Of a DNA stretch of 64,000 bases, positions 9,933 to 19,673 are shown piece by piece. Source of the DNA: Patescibacteria group bacterium (GTDB lineage Bacteria; Patescibacteriota; WWE3; 2-01-FULL-39-13); the NCBI GenBank assembly GCA_048499955.1, contig JASNYX010000005.1:27401-91400 (forward strand), in the 5' to 3' direction. The notes beneath the pieces were generated by a model. That model saw only the letters and a program-made list of their open reading frames with translations. It was not told the origin of the DNA and did no database searches. The translations under genes were made by a program, and so were the position numbers. Numbering within the stretch: position 1 is the stretch's first letter; every line of letters begins with the position of its first letter.

Positions 9933-10175
9933 TATATAAAACCACTAGCCGGAATGGGCATCTTTGGTGACCCATTTCTCTCGATTAGCCTTTAATGGCA
10001 TGAAAAACTTGTAGTCTCGAGCTTAACTGTGCATTCGATGTGTTTATACCTACCAATCACTAGAAGAAATGTTTTTATAGCCGAGCTCATTTCCCATTAA
10101 GATCGCATATACGAAAGACCGGTCTCAAGGCCGACATGCTCAACCATATTTATACTTTCATCGTATAATTCAATC

Positions 10176-10658
10176 ATGCAAAAAGAACCGATTTTCAATT
10201 TAATAAAACGAATACGACCGGAAATCTCCGATATCCAACAAGAGGAATTATTTGCGAGATACGGATTAGCCAATGAAAAAAATGTTTCATTTGGGCTATA
10301 TCAAATATTTACAGAATTGAAATGCGCCATCAACGCAGATTGGAAATGGGATCCTACTGATGTTTTAGCGAGTATTGGTAGATGCGTTCCGGATTTTAAA
10401 TACGAAATAATTACTTCAGAATTTGATGAAGATTCTGAAGAATGGAATATTAAAGTTAAGATTAATGATGATATTGTCGAGTTTGAAGGAGAAATGTTCG
10501 ATCTTGATGATTTTATAGAGAATATAAATCCAGTTATAAGTAAAATCTGTGATTCACAATTTGAAGCTTTTTCTACAGGCGGTGATTCATTTTTTTATTT
10601 ACTAGTCCCCAATCATATAATACTTAGCACAGATGAGAGGAATTTGTTAGAAAATTAG
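10176..10658 (+). CDS. hypothetical acidic cytoplasmic protein
   Basis: 160-aa ORF with no recognisable motif and an acidic composition. Confidence 0.4.
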   Translation: MQKEPIFNLIKRIRPEISDIQQEELFARYGLANEKNVSFGLYQIFTELKCAINADWKWDPTDVLASIGRCVPDFKYEIITSEFDEDSEEWNIKVKINDDIVEFEGEMFDLDDFIENINPVISKICDSQFEAFSTGGDSFFYLLVPNHIILSTDERNLLEN

Positions 10659-10777
10659 TTCGACATCGTTAAAGATTAACTCAAACTATCGGCCAAGATT
10701 TCTCCCTTTGATATAATTCAAGAATCCTGTTCTCGGATATGTCATAATTAATCAGATTTATTAGCGGATAGGAGCTT

Positions 10778-11824
10778 TTGTTCCACCTTTCTATTCATCA
10801 ATATTTAATGCACGGTTTAACAAATTATAATGAGCATCTAATTCCTGATCCCATCTTAGATGATAACGGTGTAAGAGAAATCATAGGTGAAGCGTTTTCC
10901 GATATTCCGACTAGAAGACAATTCAAGTCTGCAACAAAAGGCATTTACATTGCATTATGCCAACGGAGTGCAGAATTAGACGATTCAACAGCTGAAAATG
11001 CAGTGGCAATATATAGATTTTTCCGAGACTCCACAGAAGATCCTAATCAAATAAATAATTATTCTAACAATGTATTATTAGGAAATGTCGCTATATCTGC
11101 CGCACAAACCGGAAATTTAGATTTATGGAGATTTGTGTGCTTGCCCAAGTTATCATTAGAAGTTTCAGATCAGAGAGAATATGCCCGCTGGAAATATGAT
11201 TTTAGTAACCACCGTTATGATACTCTAAAACCGGTGCTTCCATTTGACCAACGACTCATTGAAGGTTTTCGATCATTTAATATTAATCCTAGCTTAACGT
11301 TAGTGTTAGATGATTTAGAAGCTCCTTATTTACGCACCACTAACCATCGGAAAAGCGGATTTTCTGGTTATGAATCATTAAAGAAACCAGAACAGGCAAG
11401 AGCCCTTGCCGGACTCGTAGAGATGCGCACAAGTATAAGAGATTGGATAAGTGAATCTACTCAGAATTTAAATTGTGAGGCAAATGTTATCTTTTTTTCA
11501 GAAATGGTCGAGTACTCAACTTTTGCGGATCTACTAGCTACATTTGAACTAGAAGTCGACGAGAGACATACAAAAATCTTGAATCAAGAAATGCAACTTG
11601 TTAGAGAAATATTTCCCCAAATTAGCTACTTAGAATGTAGAATATATGCTATACGAAGAATAGCTCAGTACGCAGTCGAAGGTGCTATTTTATATCCGAG
11701 AGTTAGCAGCGGTGTTTACTTAGCTTCGGAATACCCGGTTAATCTGGTATGGAAAAAACTAACATTGTTAGCCGATATCCCTACCTTATTTTATTTGCAG
11801 GATAAAGATGTTAGGAATTTATAA
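10778..11824 (+). CDS. hypothetical protein
   Basis: 348-aa ORF with no recognisable motif and no TM segments. Confidence 0.4.
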   Translation: MFHLSIHQYLMHGLTNYNEHLIPDPILDDNGVREIIGEAFSDIPTRRQFKSATKGIYIALCQRSAELDDSTAENAVAIYRFFRDSTEDPNQINNYSNNVLLGNVAISAAQTGNLDLWRFVCLPKLSLEVSDQREYARWKYDFSNHRYDTLKPVLPFDQRLIEGFRSFNINPSLTLVLDDLEAPYLRTTNHRKSGFSGYESLKKPEQARALAGLVEMRTSIRDWISESTQNLNCEANVIFFSEMVEYSTFADLLATFELEVDERHTKILNQEMQLVREIFPQISYLECRIYAIRRIAQYAVEGAILYPRVSSGVYLASEYPVNLVWKKLTLLADIPTLFYLQDKDVRNL

Positions 11825-12020
11825 TGATTTCGAAGAAATATAGAAGATTTGAATGTGATTTGATTCGATCGTGGACTTAAGAACAAAACAAAGCTCTAAT
11901 ATTGCCTGTTACATATATGTAGGCACGGCAATTGAAACCTCGTTCCTAATATGAATCTAAGCCATGTAGTCACAATTCTCTTCCTACAACGACAACACTC
12001 TTATCGTTTATAATATCATT

Positions 12021-12632
12021 ATGAAATCTTACTTGGATATTAATACTGACTCATATAATTTAGTTGCGGAAAATTACAAAACAGAACATAGCACAAGACT
12101 GGAATGGGAAGCAGAGCTTATTAAATTCAAAAACTATTTACCACAAAATCCAAAACTAATAGTTGATTTAGGTTGTGGAACCGGTGAAGAAACCCAGTGG
12201 CTTTCAGAAAATTTACCTACTTCCCAGATAATTGGGATTGATGCCTCAAGCGCTATGGTTAATGTTGCTACAAGTAGCTACCCAACGCTTCAATTACAGC
12301 AAAGTAACATTGTTGAATACGTATCCCCCTTTGAAGTTGATGGAATATGGGCAAGAGCTAGCTTACATCATCTTACTCTGGATGAATTAGATCAACTTTT
12401 CTACAATATTTCAAAGTATCTACATGGGGTAATTGGAATGGTTAATAAATATGGAGAAAAAGAAGAAATTGAAGAGAAAAATAAGTATGGAAGAATCCTC
12501 CGTAGATATTTTCAATACTTTGATGAGAATTTGATTGAAGAATTAAGTATGAATTATGGATTTAAATCCATTGAGCAATATCATGTTCAAAATGATCATC
12601 ATTGGCTAGTAACGTTTCTTTCGATTCAATAA
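12021..12632 (+). CDS. class I SAM-dependent methyltransferase (small-molecule/UbiE-like type)
   Basis: Motif I 'VDLGCGTGEET' and post-I 'IGIDAS'. No DNA-MTase target-recognition motifs (no DPPY/NPPY). Confidence 0.65.
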   Translation: MKSYLDINTDSYNLVAENYKTEHSTRLEWEAELIKFKNYLPQNPKLIVDLGCGTGEETQWLSENLPTSQIIGIDASSAMVNVATSSYPTLQLQQSNIVEYVSPFEVDGIWARASLHHLTLDELDQLFYNISKYLHGVIGMVNKYGEKEEIEEKNKYGRILRRYFQYFDENLIEELSMNYGFKSIEQYHVQNDHHWLVTFLSIQ

Positions 12633-12685
12633 CTCATTTTAGCAGATAATTCGAACTTTCGAGTGTTTTTCTGTACAATTAATAT

Positions 12686-13126
12686 GTGAGTATAAATTCC
12701 AGAAAAATTCTTTTTCTTTTTTTCTTGCCGATTGTAGCTATTTTTCTATTTATTTATAGTTATGCTAGTCGCGAAATACCTTCACATTCTGAATTGCCTT
12801 CTTGCGTAGAAAATAGTTCTTCCGGCGATTCTCAAATAGTTATAGATTTTGAAACTTGTATGCCATGTAAATCCGTTGAATACTTCGAGCTTGGATCTCT
12901 GCATTACAGAATCGAAGGCAAATCTGAAAACGTATGCAAACTCCGATATGGCATGGAAGTTGAAAATCCAAACTGGAATGGCCAACTTGATAACTATTGT
13001 GAGGTTCCTATCTCGACGGGATTATCTATGTTTGAAGAAAATGAATCTGAATTATCAGAAACTGGATCAGTAATATCTACAGGGATTGGATACAACTTCG
13101 AAAAGATTAAAGAATATTGTGAGTAA
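12686..13126 (+). CDS. small secreted Cys-rich hypothetical protein
   Basis: GTG start, N-terminal hydrophobic signal/anchor and 8 Cys residues. Confidence 0.35.
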   Translation: MSINSRKILFLFFLPIVAIFLFIYSYASREIPSHSELPSCVENSSSGDSQIVIDFETCMPCKSVEYFELGSLHYRIEGKSENVCKLRYGMEVENPNWNGQLDNYCEVPISTGLSMFEENESELSETGSVISTGIGYNFEKIKEYCE

Positions 13127-13220
13127 GGAAGTTTTAGTGTGTCGTAGGCTACTGTTTTATCTAACAGATCAAACAATTCCCTCTACTTAATTCAACCAAA
13201 AACCATGCTACGATTACAAT

Positions 13221-13625
13221 ATGAATAATAAAATCTACCCTATATTGATCATAATGGCTATTTTATTTCTCGGATTTCTAGTTTTTCAACGAACCGTCCC
13301 TAATAACCCGGTACAAGTAGAAGAAACAATCAACCCACAAGAAAACATAACTATTGAAAACTGTGAACAACAAGAAATTAAGAATTTAATAGACAATGAA
13401 TACCTTCGGCCAGAAGAGCTTGCTGTTTCGTTTTACTCCAAACCTTCTGAGAATTTGGTTAATGAACTTGCAAATAAATATAATCTAGAAGTTTTAGTTG
13501 TGTATAATGACCCGGCTGTTGTCTATAAGGTTAGTGAAGAAAATGCACCTGGTGTGAAATGTCAGCTACAACAGGAGCCCGAAGTTGATCGGGTTGTTTT
13601 TATTGAAAACAGGCCGGTATATTAA
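13221..13625 (+). CDS. small membrane-anchored hypothetical protein
   Basis: N-terminal TM helix 'ILIIMAILFLGFLVF'. No motif recognised. Confidence 0.4.
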   Translation: MNNKIYPILIIMAILFLGFLVFQRTVPNNPVQVEETINPQENITIENCEQQEIKNLIDNEYLRPEELAVSFYSKPSENLVNELANKYNLEVLVVYNDPAVVYKVSEENAPGVKCQLQQEPEVDRVVFIENRPVY

Positions 13626-13705
13626 AATACTTTAAGCTAGTGGGTACCACCCATTAGATAGATTGTATGAAGCCGGGGTCAAGGTAAGGCTATAACTTTA
13701 CCTAA

Positions 13706-14164
13706 TTAAGGAATTTGAACAACATCTCCGGGGTGGATTAATTTGCCACCATCTTTAGTAATGAGCTTTTTCCATTCTTTTCCTGAGTCATAATATTCTG
13801 AAGATATCTTCCAGAGATTATCCCCTTCTTTTACGACATGAATAGACGGAGTGCTTTCTGTTGAGGCATCAAGTACAGCTGAGGTTGCCTGTGATTCATC
13901 CGAGTAATCTGCCAGTACCAGCCCTATTCTATCAACGTGTTCTTCTGCAATTATATTTTCGGTAGTGTTTGGATTTCCTGCAAAGATTGCAGCAGTACCG
14001 ATTAGGGTAAGTGCAGTTGCAGCAAACATCAATGAACTTTGAATAACCTTTAGTTGAAGCGTAAGGTTTGTCTTATACACCTTGATAATTGAAGAAATCA
14101 CAAAGCTAGCAAAAGCTATCCCAATGGTTAGCCGTATAGTAAATACTAGGTGTCTAATAAGCAC
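13706..14164 (-). CDS. LysM domain protein with N-terminal membrane anchor
   Basis: C-terminal 'HVVKEGDNLWKISSEYYDSGKEWKKLITKDGGKLIHPGDVVQIP' fits the LysM consensus. Confidence 0.7.
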   Translation of the reverse strand: MLIRHLVFTIRLTIGIAFASFVISSIIKVYKTNLTLQLKVIQSSLMFAATALTLIGTAAIFAGNPNTTENIIAEEHVDRIGLVLADYSDESQATSAVLDASTESTPSIHVVKEGDNLWKISSEYYDSGKEWKKLITKDGGKLIHPGDVVQIP

Positions 14165-14193
14165 AGGTCTATTGACCCGGTAAAGCCAGAGCT

Positions 14194-15093
14194 TTGAACA
14201 ATGGTATTCAAAATCTTTCTACCGGTAGCCTAGTAATGGTATTGGATGCAGATTCTATTATCGCTAGCAATGCTATTTCTAATGCGGTTTCATATTTCAG
14301 TAACCCGAATGTTGCTTCAATTGCCTCAAATGTAAGGATTTTGCCATCCAAAACATTTATGGGAAAAATTCAGTACATAGAATACTTGATGGGTCATAAA
14401 CTCAAGAAAGCTTTTACGGTTTTAAATAATGAATACATTGTAGGTGGAATCGGATCAGTATTTCGAAGAAGTATTTTGCAAACCGTCGGATATTACGATA
14501 CAGATACGATTACCGAGGATATTGACTTAACAATGAAAATCTTACGTATGGGCAACCGACAACACAAAGTAGTCTTTGCCTCAGATGTTGTATGTTATAC
14601 CGAATCAGTTATGAGCTTAAAAGATTTATATAAACAACGATTTAGATGGAAGTTCGGCAGGTTCCAAACAGTCTGGAAAAATAAAAGAATGTTTTTTAAC
14701 CTTTCGGGCAAATATAATAAGAGATTAACTTTTTATCAATTGCCCTTTGTGTTGTACAGCGAATTGGCATTTTTAATTGACCCATTACTAATTGGTTTCA
14801 TGATTTATTTAACATTTAAATATCAGGAAATGTCGACATTTACCGGAGTATTCTTGTTCCTTGGATTTTACTCTTTTATTACTATTGTGTCGGACGAATA
14901 TTTAACTTTTAAAGAGAAATTTTATTCAATGGTACTAGTTCCTTTTGTTTACCTATTCTTTTTTGTAATCAGTGTCGTCGAGTATTTTGCCTTAATCAAA
15001 TCAATCGTGTCCTATAAGGGCATTATATATGCCAAAGAAATAAATAATTGCGGATGGGAACACGTAGAACGTATTGGTACCGCGACTAATTAA
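14194..15093 (+). CDS. family-2 glycosyltransferase, N-terminally truncated (starts at DxD motif; lacks first ~100 aa), with C-terminal TM helices
   Basis: 'LVMVLDAD', 'TEDIDLT' and 'QRFRW' align to the GT2 domain of the 21861..25322 protein ('IVIVQDAD', 'AEDAELT', 'QRFRW'). No room remains upstream for the missing N-terminus, because the LysM gene is on the other strand. Confidence 0.55.
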   Translation: MNNGIQNLSTGSLVMVLDADSIIASNAISNAVSYFSNPNVASIASNVRILPSKTFMGKIQYIEYLMGHKLKKAFTVLNNEYIVGGIGSVFRRSILQTVGYYDTDTITEDIDLTMKILRMGNRQHKVVFASDVVCYTESVMSLKDLYKQRFRWKFGRFQTVWKNKRMFFNLSGKYNKRLTFYQLPFVLYSELAFLIDPLLIGFMIYLTFKYQEMSTFTGVFLFLGFYSFITIVSDEYLTFKEKFYSMVLVPFVYLFFFVISVVEYFALIKSIVSYKGIIYAKEINNCGWEHVERIGTATN

Positions 15094-15158
15094 CACTCCG
15101 TTTAAATTGCACAGATGATTCAATAAAGTATGAGATACAATTCACTATAATTATTATC

Positions 15159-15692
15159 ATGCAAATTTTTAACACTAGCCAAACGAATGAAATAGCCCAA
15201 CTATTAAAGAGCGGTAAAATCGGCATTATGCCTACAGACACCATATATGGCATACATTGCTTGGCTAATGATCCGAATTTAGTTGATAAAATTTATCAAA
15301 TTAAAAAAAGACCCGACAAAATTCCATTAATCACAATAATTTCGAATCTAGACGATTTACTACCGTTTGAAGTAGAGCTAAACGACTACTCACATGAACA
15401 GATAAGTCGTTTTTGGCCTGGCCCCAATACTCTTATATTCGACACAAACCAAAACGAAACACGATCATTTAGAATGCCTGACAATGATTTTCTACTTTCG
15501 ATACTAAAAATCACAGGTCCATTAATTTCTACAAGTGCTAACTTACATGGGCAACAACCTGCAAAAGATGTAAACGACGCAATAAAATATTTTGCTGATT
15601 CAATCGATTTTTATGTAGATGGAGGAAAAATGGATAACCCTCCCTCAAATGTATATCGCATTAATCAAGGCACCATAACTAAATTACGCTAA
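15159..15692 (+). CDS. tsaC: L-threonylcarbamoyladenylate synthase (YrdC/Sua5 family)
   Basis: 'GIMPTDTIYGI', 'KKRP' and 'LISTSAN' are YrdC-family hallmarks. Confidence 0.8.
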   Translation: MQIFNTSQTNEIAQLLKSGKIGIMPTDTIYGIHCLANDPNLVDKIYQIKKRPDKIPLITIISNLDDLLPFEVELNDYSHEQISRFWPGPNTLIFDTNQNETRSFRMPDNDFLLSILKITGPLISTSANLHGQQPAKDVNDAIKYFADSIDFYVDGGKMDNPPSNVYRINQGTITKLR

Positions 15693-15846
15693 CCTTAAAA
15701 AGTGAATAATCTAAGGCAAGAATTTATATCCTTTAGGCTAAATAATCTCTGCCGATTCGATAATTTTTAAAAGCTCTTCCTGTATTTCTGCAGTCTAGAT
15801 AAACCATGCGAAATAAATGGAACATCAACTACCATGAGCCCTAACA

Positions 15847-15880
15847 CCGGATATGCCGTGAACTTAACCGGCTTATCCGG
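15847..15880. other. 12-bp stem hairpin/palindrome (1 mismatch, 10-nt loop) in convergent intergenic region, no U-tract
   Basis: CCGGATATGCCG-tgaacttaac-CGGCTTATCCGG. Confidence 0.3.
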
Positions 15881-15962
15881 ATACTTTAATGAGTCGGGCT
15901 TATTCGATATAAATGCATTCGATTGCCCACTTGAACCTTAATTTTAATATCCGGAATATTAA

Positions 15963-17057
15963 TTAAGTCGAACGATCACTCAGCCTTCTTTTTTGGAAAT
16001 CGTGTATAAAGGTAACGACTATCCACACTAAGCATATCGATATTAGATTTAATACCGTTGTAGTGAGAAAACTATATCTAAATGGAATATAAAAAATCAT
16101 GAACAATAATACCGATTGAATAATGTATGTCATGAGTGAGTTTCTCCCGAATTTCAATAATAACCAGCCCATATATTTATTTATATTGGTGTAATACCTT
16201 TCAATCATAGAGTATAAAAATATAATCCAAATGCTAAACACAATAATTCTTCCCGACCAAGGGTTTCTGTATTAAAAATGAGCTCAAGTGATCTTTGATT
16301 GTCGGGAAAATATCCAAAATATTTGTGAGAAACACTTAATACCAGTCAAAACAAAACAACGCTCCAACAAAGGCACACCCACCCGGAAGTTACTTAGTGT
16401 ATAAACTCTGAAAACATTTTTATGTGCGGCAGTAAACATCCCTAACACAAACATGAATTGCCATGACGATAAATCAAAGAAACTTACGCAAAAACGAACA
16501 CATTCGATTTCGTATAAATTTGTAAACCACAATAGAAAAGAAGTAAGTAACACAATAACCGATAGATTCCGTTTAAATAGGTATAGAATAATCGGGGCTG
16601 TTAAAAGCAATAAGACGTAAAGCGGAAGCAGATCTGCCCATCCATACGAGAACCTAAGTAACATAGTGTCAACTAATAGATTAGAATAGCTATCGTAATT
16701 AATGAAGCCTGTCGGCCCTGGGAATTTACCTAAACCAAGTGTAAGGGCAACATATACAAGCGTAAGAGCAACACTCCAAATATATAATGTAATAGCTCGT
16801 CTCCAAAGTGATTTAAAGACACGTTTAGCCGAATCATCTATCATCTTCGGATAGTAAACATAGCTAACAAAAAAACCCGATAAAAAAATAAATCCTTCAG
16901 CCGCTGAGGTCCATAATCTTCCATTTCCGTTATAAAATGTGAAAAGCGAAATACCTCCGTAGTAACTAACATGATCAACCAGTATGGCTACCAAATAATG
17001 ACCTCTTAGCATGTCTAACTTACTGTTCCGTTTTTTATGATGTGATATCTGACTCAT
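15963..17057 (-). pseudogene. acyltransferase family 3 (OpgC-like) membrane protein interrupted by single in-frame TGA (plus-strand 'tca' 16284-16286)
   Basis: ORFs 16284..17057 and 15963..16241 share one frame and together give about 363 aa. 'LDMLRGHYLVAILVDH' near the N-terminus and 'GRNSLMTYIIQ' near the C-terminus are AT3 hallmarks. Confidence 0.5.
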
Positions 17058-17716
17058 TAAAGAATAAGATCTATACCTATTGCGTACTTTGATGATTTTG
17101 AATATCTATCGGGAAATTCGGCTGATATTGTGTTTGCCAAATCATCATTATCATATGAATATTTGAGCTCGACTACACAGATGTCAGTATCGATCTTTTT
17201 GAGGGGGTTAAACCCTGTATGAAGATCCCAGTACCTTAAGTCATAATCCAGTGTGATTCGGTAATTTCTGTCTGCAGATATAAAATATCTTCGAGAGTAG
17301 CTGACTAAAATGACCGGGCGTAATGAAGGAAATAGTTTTTTGACTGCTCCATCTGCATCTGATTTTTCGATTATCGAAGCGTAATTTTTCAAGAAATCCC
17401 CTATTTTATTATCTCCGAGATTGTAAGTATCTTTTGTACCGACGTGAGCATTTTTACTTTTAATTTCTAAATTCGCCGCTACGAGATTTTCAATGTCATC
17501 TCCATACCATCGAACTCTAATTTTACGTCTGTTAGATTTCCCATATAAATTGTCTTGATAATATTCAAATCCATTCGTATCGAAATATATACTATTCACA
17601 CGTCGTTCTTCATAGGCTTCTTTGAATATCGCTTTGTGTGCTTTAATCAATAAGACCATTTGTTTCATATCGTCTAGCTTAGTTGAAAATTTTCTTTCGT
17701 ATCGTAGGTTTTTCAT
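17057..17716 (-). CDS. VTC-domain (polyphosphate-polymerase-like) protein
   Basis: Begins 'MKNLRYERKF', typical of bacterial VTC-domain proteins. Size is about 220 aa. Its stop overlaps the AT3 start by 1 nt. Confidence 0.6.
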   Translation of the reverse strand: MKNLRYERKFSTKLDDMKQMVLLIKAHKAIFKEAYEERRVNSIYFDTNGFEYYQDNLYGKSNRRKIRVRWYGDDIENLVAANLEIKSKNAHVGTKDTYNLGDNKIGDFLKNYASIIEKSDADGAVKKLFPSLRPVILVSYSRRYFISADRNYRITLDYDLRYWDLHTGFNPLKKIDTDICVVELKYSYDNDDLANTISAEFPDRYSKSSKYAIGIDLIL

Positions 17717-17717
17717 A

Positions 17718-19673
17718 TTATTCGATTATATTAAAGAAGCTTAAAATACTGCCGAAAAAAGTTTTCTCGAAATTCGCAGTTATATACACGTCATCCCTTG
17801 CGAAAGTAACACTGTCATTATTATCAATAACATGAACGTCTCCAGTCCAACCTATAAATCGGTATCCGAGTTTGCTTTTGACTTTGAGTGTATATGGAAT
17901 ATTTTTTATGTATGTTCCATGCCATAGAGAATCATTAATTTCGAGCGAATCGAGATATATTGTTCCTGCACTTTCGAGATTCATATTTATTGTAAGGTCT
18001 GTGGTTCCTGTAAACTTTAGCTCCAAAACTACCTGATTTAAAGCATGATTTCTTCTGTCATAAGTAAAGTCACGCATCACTTGTATATTGTTTCTCCATT
18101 CATCTATATTTTTGAAGCTTCTCCAATCCCCTTTAATGACTTTGTTGCCCCATTTTGATGCGTGCCTAGGAACCTCTGCTTCAATTCGAGATTCAAATGA
18201 ATCAATGATCGGGATCACACGTTCAGGAAGATATGTTGAGTTATAGTGATAAGCAAAACGCCTGGCGAACTCTTCCTTAAAATCATCATTCATTAGTAAA
18301 GATTTTATTAATAGATTTGACCATAGTGGAATAACCTCAGGCGGAGATTTAAGAATTCTATTTAAACGATTTGTACTACCTGAAGGAGAATTAAATGCTT
18401 CATCCATATCGTACACGATCCACCTCCATCTACCATCTAACCCATATGGAACATACTCATCTTCAAAATCGGATGTGTCGTTGATATATCTCCATACCCT
18501 TAAATTTGAATCAATCCAAACAGAGTTATTTGAATAAATATTCAAAACATTGTAATCAATAAAGTTATCGACATCCATCAAAGTTTTTACATATTCATAA
18601 TTTTCATTTATCGACATATCGTTGTTTTTAACGAAATCAAGCATGTTGATGTAATGAAGTTCGTCTCCTTGTTGGCCCGACTCAATTGAAGGGTACCCAC
18701 CCTGACTTCTATCCGGAAACAATCTCACTATATTTTTTCTATCGACGTTATATTTGTTCTGAAAATAATATTCATCCTGGAACTCACGAATATTGTGTAT
18801 TCCCCAGTATTCCCCATTAATAAACAAGATTGAAGGCTGGTAGTTTTGTAAATCGAGCTTGGATTCTGAAAACAGATTTTGTACTAATGCGTCTCGGAAT
18901 AACGTGTCTTTCCAATCATTTCCGGAGCTTCTCAACAATATGCATTTAAATTTCTTGACAGGTGAATCCTTAAAAAGTTGATATTCGATTTGTGGCTCGT
19001 TTTTCCCGGTACAATACCTCAAAGTTTTTTGAGGGAAAGATCTGGTAGTGTTTCCATGAATTTTAATTTCCCCTACTGAATCGAATCTTAACGTCCCTTC
19101 TTCATCAAAGTATTCAAGGTATGCAGGCTTCTGCCAGTCTTTTCCTCTTTGGGCAAAATTTGCAACGAATTTTTCATCGGACTCAGGGTCGGGTTTGCCT
19201 TCAACATAAATACCTGTACTCTCATCCCACAAGTTAATGGGGTCTGTAACCAACGAAATCACAGGAAGAGTCGAATATTCGTTAATGAGATATGTCTGTG
19301 TATGAGTTTTTCCTCTTTTGATACCGTTATTGAATAATGCAGCTCTCAAAACTGTGTTTTTATCAATGTAAATCTCTTCACTGTAAAGTGATGACTGTGG
19401 TCCCGGCTCGCTTCCATCTAACGTATACCTGATTTCGTTGCCTAAACGGTATAACCGCATCGAAACTGAAATAGAACCATCGTAGAGTCCGGAGTAATTA
19501 GAAAAACCTATCGTGTTACCTTTAGCCGAAGTTCTTACAAAATCAACCTGAAAAAAAGCAACGGATAAAATTAGTAGTGTGATAGTAATAAAACCGATCT
19601 CCAGCCTCGATATACCTGTAAAAAGTTTTTTACATTTCTTTAAATATGATTCGGGAGATCTATGAAGTATCAA
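17718..19673 (-). CDS. CotH-family atypical kinase with N-terminal anchor and chitobiase/Hex C-terminal-like domain
   Basis: CotH-like block 'LLRSSGNDWKDTLFRDALVQNLF...PSILFINGEYWGIHNIRE'. The N-terminal 'RYTLDGSEP...YSEEIYIDKNTVLRAALFNNG' is CHB_HEX_C-like. Confidence 0.6.
   Translation of the reverse strand: MILHRSPESYLKKCKKLFTGISRLEIGFITITLLILSVAFFQVDFVRTSAKGNTIGFSNYSGLYDGSISVSMRLYRLGNEIRYTLDGSEPGPQSSLYSEEIYIDKNTVLRAALFNNGIKRGKTHTQTYLINEYSTLPVISLVTDPINLWDESTGIYVEGKPDPESDEKFVANFAQRGKDWQKPAYLEYFDEEGTLRFDSVGEIKIHGNTTRSFPQKTLRYCTGKNEPQIEYQLFKDSPVKKFKCILLRSSGNDWKDTLFRDALVQNLFSESKLDLQNYQPSILFINGEYWGIHNIREFQDEYYFQNKYNVDRKNIVRLFPDRSQGGYPSIESGQQGDELHYINMLDFVKNNDMSINENYEYVKTLMDVDNFIDYNVLNIYSNNSVWIDSNLRVWRYINDTSDFEDEYVPYGLDGRWRWIVYDMDEAFNSPSGSTNRLNRILKSPPEVIPLWSNLLIKSLLMNDDFKEEFARRFAYHYNSTYLPERVIPIIDSFESRIEAEVPRHASKWGNKVIKGDWRSFKNIDEWRNNIQVMRDFTYDRRNHALNQVVLELKFTGTTDLTINMNLESAGTIYLDSLEINDSLWHGTYIKNIPYTLKVKSKLGYRFIGWTGDVHVIDNNDSVTFARDDVYITANFEKTFFGSILSFFNIIE

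Larger units (their letters stand above)
7695..13625. mobile_element. putative integrated island / mobile-element remnant anchored by serine recombinase next to tRNA-Gln (boundaries not determined)
   Basis: A recombinase sits next to the tRNA 3' end. It is followed by a decayed restriction-enzyme gene, unknown ORFs and a methyltransferase, all on the opposite strand to the recombinase. No att repeats were identified by eye. Confidence 0.3.
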
